Shown here: one piece after another, positions 1 to 9,892 of the stretch
Position numbering within the stretch: position 1 is the first letter of the stretch
Layout of the letters: every line of letters starts with the position of its first letter
Assembly (NCBI GenBank): GCA_000934665.2
Contig: JYFJ02003617.1
Location: 1-39,510, forward strand
Length of the DNA: 39,510 nt
Source: Catajapyx aquilonaris
Lineage: Eukaryota
Direction of reading: 5' to 3'
The notes under the pieces: generated by a model
The model's database searches: none
Seen by the model: the letters and a program-made list of their open reading frames with translations, nothing else
What the model was told of the DNA's origin: nothing
Position numbers and translations under genes: made by a program

Positions 1-79
1 TTTTCCTATACTACTCCATGAAAGCGCGGGGAATATCGGCCCGATCGCACCAGTGGCGCCGCCAGTGGCTGGACCCACT

Positions 80-136
80 TCAGCATTCTACCGTATCAAT
101 GAAGTCTGGCCACCATACCCTGTTTATACATCTTGC
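80..136 (-). CDS. Possible further exon or relic (ARCINRVWWPDFIDTVEC*) of the minus-strand gene
   Basis: Two weak acceptors: gacag| (exon starting at 136, phase 0) and aaacag| (exon starting at 119, in phase with exon 2). Contains a WWP motif. Polypyrimidine tracts are poor. Confidence 0.3.
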   Translation of the reverse strand, partial: ARCINRVWWPDFIDTVEC

Positions 137-383
137 CTGTCACTGATCGAACACTTGCCAAAAAGGTCCAAATCATTATTTTTTGGGTATGTTTGGCAGG
201 AGAAATGGACGGTTATTTTTTTTTGTCCCATCTAAGTTACAGGTGCGCTAATTTCGCATTTTTTGTGGACCATTTCATTAATAAGTATGCAGTAGTTGGC
301 ATTATAAGCATGTGGAAATCAGAAAACTTTGTATATTCGTTGCAAACATGGTAATTTGGCTATAGCATACTTTGTTTTCTGCA

Positions 384-420
384 GTCCCTTGAAGTCTGTT
401 ATATCCGGATTCAAACGTAT
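384..420. repeat. pogo/Tigger-like TIR fragment; 23 bp identical to 24292..24314
   Basis: GTCCCTTGAAGTCTGTTATATCC occurs at both sites and resembles the right ends of Tigger-type MITEs. Confidence 0.5.
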
Positions 421-502
421 TAATTTCTAACATAAGTAGCATCGCTAGATAAGTTCCGCTGCAATAATAATTTGTCTTCTACATGCAAGGAACATTATTT
501 AC

Positions 503-802
503 CAGTAGCAATGTCCCTCTCTCTTTTCCGCTGCCTTTCCAGCGTCTTTATGGCCTCGTTCTTTCACCGTCGACTCTCTGGTGCCTTCAGTTCGGGGCGG
601 TCCCATTGCCTGTTCCTCCACAACGGATTCCAACGGCGGAGTGTCTTCCTTTCCCGGCTGGACGACAGGGTGTGGCTCATTCCTTTCCGCATCTCCTGGC
701 TTGGGGCTCTGAGTTGCGTCCTCCATTGCGGATGCTTGCGATTCAGCCCCGGTGTCCAGTCCAGACCCTGCTTCCATCGACACTGACTCTTCAACCTTTA
801 TT
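503..802 (-). CDS. Second coding exon (300 nt, phase 2-2) of the same gene; acidic, Pro-rich, disordered-looking segment
   Basis: Acceptor tgtgtttcag| ends at 803 and donor TG|gtaaat starts at 502. Only one frame is open across the exon (IKVEESVSMEAG...KAAEKREGHCY). The exon is GC-richer than its flanks, and IKVE matches the SUMO psiKxE consensus. Confidence 0.75.
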
Positions 803-1033
803 CTGAAACACACATTTTGTCCTTAATGCCCACAAGTCAATATGAGAATGTGCGCAATGATGCGGCCACACCTAAAGGACGACCACCTGATTCCCTAACA
901 ATATTGATTGTGCCCCCACCAAAATATTATGTGACACATACCCAGCAATATTGTGATCCAGCCAAGTCGTAACCGGCTTTAAGAAGTTGGTAAATTGAGG
1001 TTAAAATGATAAATATTTAAAGACGAACCTCAC

Positions 1034-1056
1034 CTAGCGTCCTTTTTGTCCGCCAT
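1034..1056 (-). CDS. First coding exon (MADKKDA, phase 2) of an unidentified minus-strand gene
   Basis: Minus strand reads aagATGGCGGACAAAAAGGACGCTAG|gtgagg: strong start context and a consensus donor. The phase-2 end joins in frame (AG|A = Arg) to the exon at 802..503. Confidence 0.75.
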
Positions 1057-1068
1057 CTTGGCCTCTCA

Positions 1069-1083
1069 CAGGGTTGCCAGATG
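1069..1083 (-). promoter_or_regulatory. Arthropod housekeeping core-promoter-like motif CATCTGGCAACCCTG
   Basis: Lies 13-27 nt upstream of the minus-strand ATG and resembles the TGGCAACMCTG / Ohler motif-1-like class. No TATA box nearby. Confidence 0.5.
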
Positions 1084-2235
1084 AACACACAAACCGGACC
1101 GAGATAATTTAATTCTATTTAACAATCTTGCGAAACTAAATTTGTTCAAATTTTAAATTTACGACTAATAAATGTATTTGTTGCGAGATATGCAGTAAAT
1201 ATTTGCGACATCACAGATCAGGGAATGGACCAATCACAGCTTCGGAGTCGTAAACCGGCAAATTTTCGAACAAAAATAAATGCAAACCATTATTATTGAT
1301 GACAATTAGATGCGTAATGTAATTGAATATCCTATTACCTGACAAATTAGAGCGTGTCCCACAGCGCAGCGTGCCTACAGCCCAAGTGTATACAGTACAC
1401 TACGAAAATTGCGAACAAATCTTTTTTTAGAATACGGTAAAATAATATGCTGGCAAATTTTTTTTTGCACCGTATGTCAGCAACCGCGCGTATGGACATA
1501 AATAAAGATAACGAAGTTTCTGAAAATTAAACCGCTTTTCCCTTCTTATTGTTGCGTATATATAGATGGCGCGGAAGCTTTTCACTCTTTTCTTACAGGA
1601 TTTATTTCCAACTGTTAATTTGAGAACGTACGTTGACGTTGAGTAAACATGCGTACATATGAGAAAATTGCAAACTATACGTATTAGAGTCAGCACATGT
1701 ACAGACATCATCGGTTCTGATTGGATGCGTTTAAATTGCCGCCTGAAAAAAAAGGAGCGTCTTGCTGTGATTAATGTGAATCTGTTTTGACATAGTCGAA
1801 TAATCGCAGCAGGGGTACTATATAGCAGGGGGTGGCAACCAAGGTTAATCCCACACGTTTGGTGACAGATGGACGTAATTGTCGGAATCTTGTCGATTGA
1901 CAGAAAAGGTTCCACGCTGTGTCAAGGATTCCGTCCTAATGTGCTCAAGGTCTCAGACGACTTGGGAATATAAATTTTCATGTTGTACTCGCATCTATAC
2001 TGTACGTTATATTCAGTACCTTCACATTCCTGTACTATTGCAGTCTGCAGATTAATTTCGAATATTTCCAGTTGTAGCCTATCATATACAAAAATTAAGA
2101 AAAATATTCAGATTAAAATATATACTACTGGTTATTACAATACATTATATACAATTGAGACAATATGGTATTCCAAAATAATTTTCGCGTAAGTGCTAGA
2201 AGAATAAGAGTGAAAACTATTGAAAATATTTTAAT

Positions 2236-2318
2236 GGGTGGAATTTTCGTTTCGCTGCTATAGTTACTGCTAAGTTAGCAGTAGGCATAACTAGCAGTAT
2301 GGGACGAAACTTCGACCC
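2236..2318. mobile_element. Palindromic Tourist-like (PIF/Harbinger) MITE, family P copy 1
   Basis: GGGTGGAATTTTCG...TAGTTACTGCTAAGTTAGCAGTA...GGGACGAAACTTCGACCC folds back on itself. TAA lies at or near both flanks, and a homologous copy is at 25178. Confidence 0.65.
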
Positions 2319-3142
2319 TAAATATCCTATTAACTCCACCAAACTAACGGCGTAGACATGCCCACTTTCATTTTCGATTTCTCCCCGAAGATACTCCGAA
2401 TATGCGACTTATGTGATTATAATCACATGGGCTGGTCCTATATTTTTTGTCCATTCACGCATGGAAGTTAAATGTTCGACCTTGTGGAGCCCAACTTTTT
2501 TTTGTGTGTCTTCAAATTACTTTCAGGTAATTAGGTCATAAGCGCTGTTCTTCCTCTTGTTTGAAGAGCGGAAAAAGGGATCAAAGACAAATGATGACAC
2601 GAGTTCAGGAAAATCACAACCTCCCATTTTCTTCCTACCCATGCAATCTAAAAGAGTTCAAATAATTCTGCCATCGGATCTCTCAAGCCATCAACTGCAA
2701 TCGGCCTGGATCTGCAGTCAACTCACGAGCAAATTATGGCACAAAGAGTCGCCATTAAGGACCGCCGAGATTTCCGGATAAAAATGAGCCGTCGATTGAT
2801 TCATGGTTGACTTAATCGGCTGACACGAAAACATATATCCTCCGGTTGTGTCCGACACAGAAAACCGTCTCGGAAAGGCTTGTTTGCAGTCTCGGCACTT
2901 GGGGATTGGAAAAGATCCTTCACGCCCAGGCCATTATTCAGCGATGACAAGCTGGGCGAGCAAGACAAAGGCCAAGTTGCAACAAGCCAGCAAGTCCGGC
3001 AGCTGCTTTCAAAAAAACCACTGACCTTTTGCACCTTTTACTCACACTCTGTACAGGGCAAGGTGCAGGCCCAATTCAAGAGAAATCATTGGACAGGAAC
3101 CATTCCCAAAAAAAAAATGCAGGTGTCAGTTTCACTAAATTT

Positions 3143-3530
3143 TTGGGCACAAAATTCTTATTTTTTAAGAAGGCATTTAAGCAATTATTTGTACATGTGT
3201 TTCAAACGCTATTAGATGCTCGCATCAGTTTGAATTAACTTATCCCTGCAAATACGGAATTTACTGCCGTCTTGGGAATGCCCCACATTGGTACAAAAAC
3301 GCTTATTATTTTTAAGGAGTCATTTTAAGCAACTATTTTATGTGCTTTAATCGCTATTAGCTGCTCACATTAGTTTGAATGAGCTTATCCCTGCAAATAC
3401 TGAAATTCATCGAATTTATTTCCTCTTGGGAATATGCTCCAATTGGCACAAAAATTCATATTTTAAAGGAAACATTTTAAGTAGTTATTTTATGTGCCAT
3501 TAGTTGGAATGAACCCATCCAGTAAAATTG
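3143..3530. repeat. Diverged tandem repeat, about 145-155 bp unit, about 2.6 copies
   Basis: Units start near 3143, 3288 and 3443. Blocks such as TTGG(C/T)ACAAAA, CATTT(T)AAG, CGCTATTAG, AGTTTGAAT, CTTATCCCTGCAAATAC and TCTTGGGAAT are each shared by two or three units. Confidence 0.8.
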
Positions 3531-4419
3531 CATTGACTTTTTTATTGGTAATGCCCAAATTGTACTGTATGTGTAGCCTAAAATGGGTGGTGCACACTTT
3601 GTATTGTCGCCGACAATACAAAAGATGGTTTCAGTTCCCACGGAAGAAGAAGAAGGCCCCAAGGTGGTGGCATCTATCAGACTGGTGCACCGGAAGCGAG
3701 AAACTCCTTATCTCAAAGTCGCCTCCACAAAAACGGGGCTCTAATTCAACTCTTCCGGGCGCAGGAAGCTATTAAAATGCGCTCCCCGTTGGTCCAACCC
3801 CCGGTCCCAAATAATGAAAAGGTGTATATATATAAAAAAGAGGACCCGGTCCAAAAATGAAGGGACCTGTTTTCATCCCGAATTATTTTGTTGGCCCTGG
3901 GGCGCCAGGCAAGCGCCAGAATCACGCGACCAGCTTTTACTTTCTTCAATGCGGTATTTCGACCGAATACCACTACTAGAAATAAAGATGGGTCAAAAAG
4001 TCAGCAGTTCTTGGCCCAGGGGCAGGTCTGACAGAAGAAGAAGAAGACCTGCAACTATCCAATTGGCGCTTGTTTGAACGGTTTCTGGCCCGCGGGGGTC
4101 GGACCTGGCGCTGTCCAAATTGAACAAGTGCAGGAATCGCAGATGGCATTTCATTTTCAAGGCACACAAAACGTGCCCAAAATGTCTGGAATTTTGGAGT
4201 CCCAAGCTGTGTATTATCTATTTAACAGGTATTTCAACACCGGTGCAGAAATTGCGAGGTATATAAAAAGAAGGACCCTAAATTTTACGGACATCTTTCA
4301 GAACCTTGGGTCTTCTCTAATCAAAATTTTTTGGACAAGAAGCCCTCAATGTCATTAACCCCTGTTGTACACACATTTTTCTGCAACCAGACACTTTTTT
4401 TGATTGGTGTCTCTCTGGT

Positions 4420-5040
4420 AATGCGAAACAAACAAACAAACAAACAAACAACGAACTGAATAAATAAAGGTCAGGTTGTTGTGTTTGGGGTAATAAAAAT
4501 AAGTAAATAAATAAGTAAATAAATGAGTAAACAAATAAGTACATAAGTGAGTAAATAAATAAGTTAATAAGTAAGTAAATAATTAATGAGTAAACAAATA
4601 AATTGATGACTAAACAAATAAATTGGTGCGTATACAAATAAGTGAATAAATAAGTAAATAAATGAGCAAACAAATAAAAATAGATGACTAAACAAATAAA
4701 TAGATGACTAAACAAATAAATTGATACATATACAAATAAACAGATAGGTAACTAGATCAGTAAATAAATTAGCAAATATTAGTAAATTCATGAATGAAAA
4801 ATAAAAGTAAATTACACGAATGAAAAATAAAAGTAAATTACATGAATGAATAAATGAGAATAATTGAAATGAGTGAATAAATAAAAATAAATAAATAAAA
4901 TTAGCGAATAAATGTAGGCTAAATAAATGAGCAAATAGGCGCGGTTGCTATCGATGAAGTAATGTAATGCGAAATAAATAAAAACATGTAACTTATACAC
5001 TGTATAGATAAAATGACTCTACGTGAAAGTAAATAAGAAA
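4420..5040. repeat. A-rich low-complexity minisatellite ((CAAA)n, then TAAA[C/T]AAA variants)
   Basis: Seen directly; generates the spurious F/Y/L/I-rich minus-strand ORFs. Confidence 0.9.
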
Positions 5041-5706
5041 AATTCTCGATCACGCACAGATATTCACAGAGGGCCTGCCCAGAGATTTATCGTAATTTAG
5101 GTTGAGCTCTCCATAGATATACAACGTATAAATTAAAGCAATGCCCTGCAGTTAGAAAAGAAAGCAGCTACCGAATGAAAATCCACACAGAGAGAGAGAG
5201 AGAGACGCTGCAGCTGCTTAAAAATAATCTACAACACGCACGAGGGACACACCCTGCGTAATGTTAGGCCTGGAAGTGGACGTGACGCGATTGCAAAGTA
5301 CACTTGACGTGTCACATCAGCCATGCAAATTGGGCCAATGTGTCCATTCAATTGCAGTGTCCGGCCAGACATTTTACTCACCTATCAGCTGGGGAGAAAA
5401 CATTGACGTTAATGACTGGCCCAGTGGCCTGGCCTTCACTCGGACGCTCTTCAAAATGACCAGATTTGAATGGCCAGTGGGGGTAAAGGGAGCCGATGAG
5501 CGAGGAAAGGTGGCCATTGATACACATTTTTCCTGGAGCGAAGCACAGGGTGTTCCATAAACTAGGCTGTAGGTACACCTATAGATTTCTGGACAACAGA
5601 GGATCATTTTTCATGTATAGGTGTCATGTGATCCTCTCAGCCTCGTTATCGACATAATTCTAATTTTACATTTTTCTATTAATAGACTTAGTCTCTCCGT
5701 CGGATG

Positions 5707-5927
5707 TTTGTCCGACCTGATAGTACCGCCAGCTCTCGCACGGCCTGAGGGTGGCGGGAGTGTGCAGAGGGAGTATGCGCCATCTACGTATGAAGAAAAG
5801 TACTACGTGGTAAATGGGCGGGCGACCTCATTAAATTAGTTTGATTGTCACTGCCATACTGATTAGTGATTAGCCTATAGGTTTTGCCAAATTTTGGCAA
5901 CGGGTTCTATTCACTAGTAGGCCTACT
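5707..5927 (+). mobile_element. Dispersed repeat family H copy A (Helitron/Helentron-like, internally rearranged)
   Basis: Shares TTTGTCCG, GTGGCGGGAGTGTGCAGAGGGAG, GTACTACGT and the hairpin TTGCCAAATTTTGGCAA with copies B-D. CTAGT follows about 13 nt after the hairpin. Confidence 0.55.
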
Positions 5928-5962
5928 GCAGATAGGCTTGAGTGTGTGCCTCTATATCTTTG

Positions 5963-6126
5963 TTTATCCGCGGTGAGTCATCAGCCATGTGCATGTAGTA
6001 CCACTTTCTCCCACATGACCCCGAGAGTGGCAGTAGTGTCCAAAGAGGGAGGATGCGCGTCATCTGTTAGAACCATATGGTACTACGTGAAGAGTCTAAG
6101 GCCCGGCAGTTTTGCCAAGTTTTGGC
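5963..6126 (+). mobile_element. Family H copy B, head-to-tail with copy A
   Basis: TTTATCCGCGGTGAGTCATCA...GTGCATGTAGTACCACTTTCTCCC...GAGAGTGGCAGTAGTG...CAGTTTTGCCAAGTTTTGGC aligns by eye with 26856 and 35159. Confidence 0.7.
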
Positions 6127-9100
6127 CCTCCTTTAATATCTTTATGGTTTTGGCACATATTTCACTGTACTATATAGTTTAAAAAGAATCAACAGACACG
6201 ACACTCTTGCCTTGATTTTTGCTCGAATAAAACAAACTTGAACTGGGTATTTGGAGAGTGCGGCACCCTGTACATAATAGGCGCTAATAAAGGTGAAAAT
6301 AATAGAGCAGAAGGCTGGACTGGAGACACGATATCCCCTAGGGAGAGGTGGGAAGTAGGGCCTCTCGCTGGTCATTGGATGCTTATCACGGAGTTGGATA
6401 AGTACATGGACAGAGGAAGCCAAGCACTTTAGGGCAGAGGAAGATGGGAAAAAATTGTGCAAATATGTCGAGATTGAGGGCTGGAGACGAAACGTGTCGT
6501 TACGTGAGGCCTGCACGCGCTGCAATCACTTGTCCTTGTCGCGAGGTACTCTTCACCTGGAAATGTGGTTGCCACATTAGGCTACATTGGAACACCCGGT
6601 ACAACACCCTGTCGTTATAGAGTTGGCAACGCGATGGGGTCCGGCAAAACTCGTCATCTGCTCTTAACATTGGGTCCAAAATGCTTCATGTTTAATGCAA
6701 CAGACAACAAACCAAGGTCGGAGGAGGATCCTCCTAATAGTCGCTCACAAACATCAAGCAACCAAAACAGTGTCCTTGTCCTCCCCCCTTGACCACCACC
6801 CCTCAAATAAACCACTCTCGCTTTCTGTTTCCCCCGCCTCCGGATTGTTAGGTGTAAGGTACACCCGAAAGCATCCCTTTGAGACCGACCAGGCGCTCCT
6901 CTAATTTACTTGATCCTAGCATGCAAGCAGGGCCCCAAAAACCGACCAAACCCTTTTATTCTCTCGCTCCCCATCTATCCATCCTCCCACCCTGATGGTC
7001 CTATCAAGGATTCTCAACCCCATTTCAAAGTCACCCACATGTGAATACCTTATGTGGGAGTATGTACATTTGAATTACCAATTTTTGTCCCAAAATAATT
7101 TTGTCTGATCCGTGCATTGAAGTCTCCTCTTTCTAACCGAAATAGGCGTTACTGACGAGTATCTGCTTGATTTTTTCCTTCATCAAAATAAGGGTAGGAA
7201 CCGCCAGAGGTACGCACTCTCGCTACTCCATCAACCTGGTCTCCGATTCGTTTCGCTCTGCCTTCGGACCACAGGAGCACTAATTACTACAAGGGTAGTA
7301 GGAGGTGCTTTCTGAGCCCTAGAGACTTGAATCCAAAATAGGGAAAGCTGGCATGTGCTCAACAAGACTAATAGCGCACCCTCAGATCTAGAAAAAAAAA
7401 GAATAGACATTGCGCAACAAATTGTGTGTTCAAAACTAGTAGCGACTTGTACAGAAGCATCGAAACTATCAGTTATGATCGGGCTGGCACAAAGGAAAAC
7501 TAATACAGGTGCGACTCAGCCTAATGCTCGTTGGTGAATGGTTACCTTTCATTTTTCAAGAAAAGCTAAGGCCCAACGTCACCCTCATCATCAGACCACC
7601 CGGGCTTCCTGGTGACAAAAGGTGATAACGCGGGCCTGGTGTTTGATCACAGGGATTTTCAAAGGCCGTGCGCAGTCTTTAACACCCGGCTTCTTTTCAA
7701 AAAATCCCGGAAAAAGCAACGTAATTTGAGGGCACGAAGCGACAAAAAGGTGGTGACCGCAGGTATACCTTGGAAGTTTTGAGCCCGGAACACTACCGGC
7801 GCCTGGGCGTGTTTTCTCTTCAAAAAAAAAGTAGGTTGTAAAGCGCAAGAACCCTCATATTACAAGAAGGTTACAAAGTTGTGGCCAAAATGTGCTTCGA
7901 AAGATTCGTTTGAGGTGCACAGACGATTTCTTGGATTTATCCAGTTGCGTGAGGTGGCTCTGGAAAGCCACAATAACGTTCACTGGAGTATGACGCCACA
8001 GGCCGGACAGTAGTGTTGCGGAGTATAGACAACCCCAGCTCCCAGCTCAGTCTCTACTGTAGACCGGATTCCGGATTCTCAAGGGTTCCACGGATCCCAC
8101 AAGAAAATAACGAGTACCCCCTAATGACCCTGGCCTTGATGTTGAACCGATCAAAAAAGGAGTTGAGAGAATGGAGGGGGAAAGATGCGGGACAAACGTT
8201 AATTTCTTCCTCGGGTCAGGAAAGGAGTCTCATCCCTCGATAATCGTCCGTTGCCATGACCTTCCTCTCCATCTTCCCATCATCCTTCAATCTTTTTCCT
8301 CCCCCTCTTCTTCTTCTTCTTTGTGTCCCGAAGCCATCTCCGGAAGTCCAAGCCCATGGATGTACTAATTGAGAAGATCTCGGTTGGATAAGGCTCGAAG
8401 CTGCTGGTGCAGTAGCGGCAAATGCCTCTTGACAAGGACCATGTCCCTCTGGGGGCCACCACCACCAAAGAGTGTCAGGACTAATAATTACAGCAAACCA
8501 AAGTCCGGATAATGAGAGCTAACATCCAAGTTCTTGTCCGGAGGCGCCGCTTCTTTCTTAGTTGGGAAAAAAAAACTTGCCGTGATGCCATGGGATAACA
8601 TCAAACCGAGATTTCAGACCTCGATTTTGCTAACGAGCCTCTTCCATATTCCACCGAAACGGGATCATCCAGATTTTTTACATTCCTGATCTTGCCGGTG
8701 TTTAGAAACAACAGAAGCGTACACTAACTACGTACTACAAAAAAATAGTAAAAAAAGTGTCGTCTGGTGGGCGCCACCTATAAAAGTTTTAGGCAGCTAC
8801 AAGAAGGGGACCCCCTGCCAGCTGGACTCTAACGATCTCATTTCCCTTCAGGAGAAAAGATTCAGAACGACCCGAAGTGACCTCTTCCTCACAAATCGTG
8901 CCATTTTATACTGGTTCCCACAGGAGGAATTGCTGTCACTCGTGGTTGACAATTCAATTTAAATGACCCTTAAACTTCTGGGCAGGCTGGCATTTAAAAT
9001 GGAACCTTGTATATACAGTAATAATCAGTAAGTGGGACTGTTGTGAAGTAACTGAGGAAATAAGGCAAGTGCGGCATTCAACATGTGGAACAAGGTGGCA

Positions 9101-9699
9101 GGAGCTATCGAAAAAATCGCGTAAGCTAAAAGTAGCACGATCTTCTCCCTTTCGTCACATTGACACAAAATGGACGCCAAGCTCAAGATGGCGTTTTAAC
9201 TTCTCCGGCGAATATCTTTCGTAGAATTTCTGACGAGTCTTGAATTCATGCTGCGTAACCACTCCGGAACTTACGTACTATTTGGTGGCAAAAAGAGGCT
9301 GGTTTGTAAACTGCAACTAATCTAAATCCCGTGCGCACTTACCACAACTTACCCTATATTAAATTCAATTTACATTACAAAGACAAGTGATGTGGTTGCC
9401 CACTTTTTTTCCGCTTCGTGACCGGGTCAGGCCGGCACGTTCCCGTTTGTTTACGCCCTTGGTATGACCACGTGAATCCCCCTGAAGCACCACGTTTTTC
9501 TTCTTCACCATCAGCCGCACCATTATTTATACAAAGTGCTTGCTGCGAGAGTAAACAAGAACAAACAAACACGTGCCACTCCTGGCCAGCAAATTGCAGG
9601 CCTGTTGTGTAATCTGCCTTCTCTCCGTGCCGTAATTTCTCAATCGCCACCATTATCCAGTTCTGCCGAGTAATTTTTTCACTCCATGGAGAATGCATA

Positions 9700-9892
9700 C
9701 AAGGTGGAACACTGTCCAAGACCACAATCTATAAGAAGACGGAAGTGGAGGAGTTATGGAAGAAGCAATCTGTTAGTCATATACCAGTTGTCGTGACGGT
9801 TACATCTCTTTTAAAATGGTTGTTGAAGTGAACAACATGCAGGCACCATTCCTATGGACTGTGGAATTGGACCAGCAGGGTATACCACCCTG
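9700..9892. mobile_element. Tc1/mariner-type MITE, family T
   Basis: TA|CAAGGTGGAACACTGTCCAAG ... TATACCACCCTG|TA. Confidence 0.6.

Noticed and set aside
369..458. Possible intermediate exon that would restore the PWWP-like frame
   Set aside because: It would need a 44-nt intron and would include the pogo-like repeat fragment; its composition looks intronic.
472..806. Two plus-strand ORFs (104 and 107 aa) and the 499..813 ORF as a standalone gene
   Set aside because: The plus-strand ORFs shadow the minus-strand exon; 499..813 is better explained as a spliced internal exon (503..802).
1870..1936. Possible pre-miRNA hairpin
   Set aside because: The stem is short and interrupted, and I recognised no known miRNA sequence here or elsewhere in the window.
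3143..3530. Regularly spaced repeats as a CRISPR-like array
   Set aside because: Whole units are homologous (no unique spacers), the context is eukaryotic and there are no cas genes.
3820..4280. Two similar TATAAAAA..AGGACCC motifs as promoters
   Set aside because: No downstream exon or ORF support; could be chance or a small repeat. A lncRNA cannot be excluded.
4317..5000. Hydrophobic F/Y/L/I-rich ORFs (also 32925..33262)
   Set aside because: Translations of AT-rich minisatellite, not membrane proteins.
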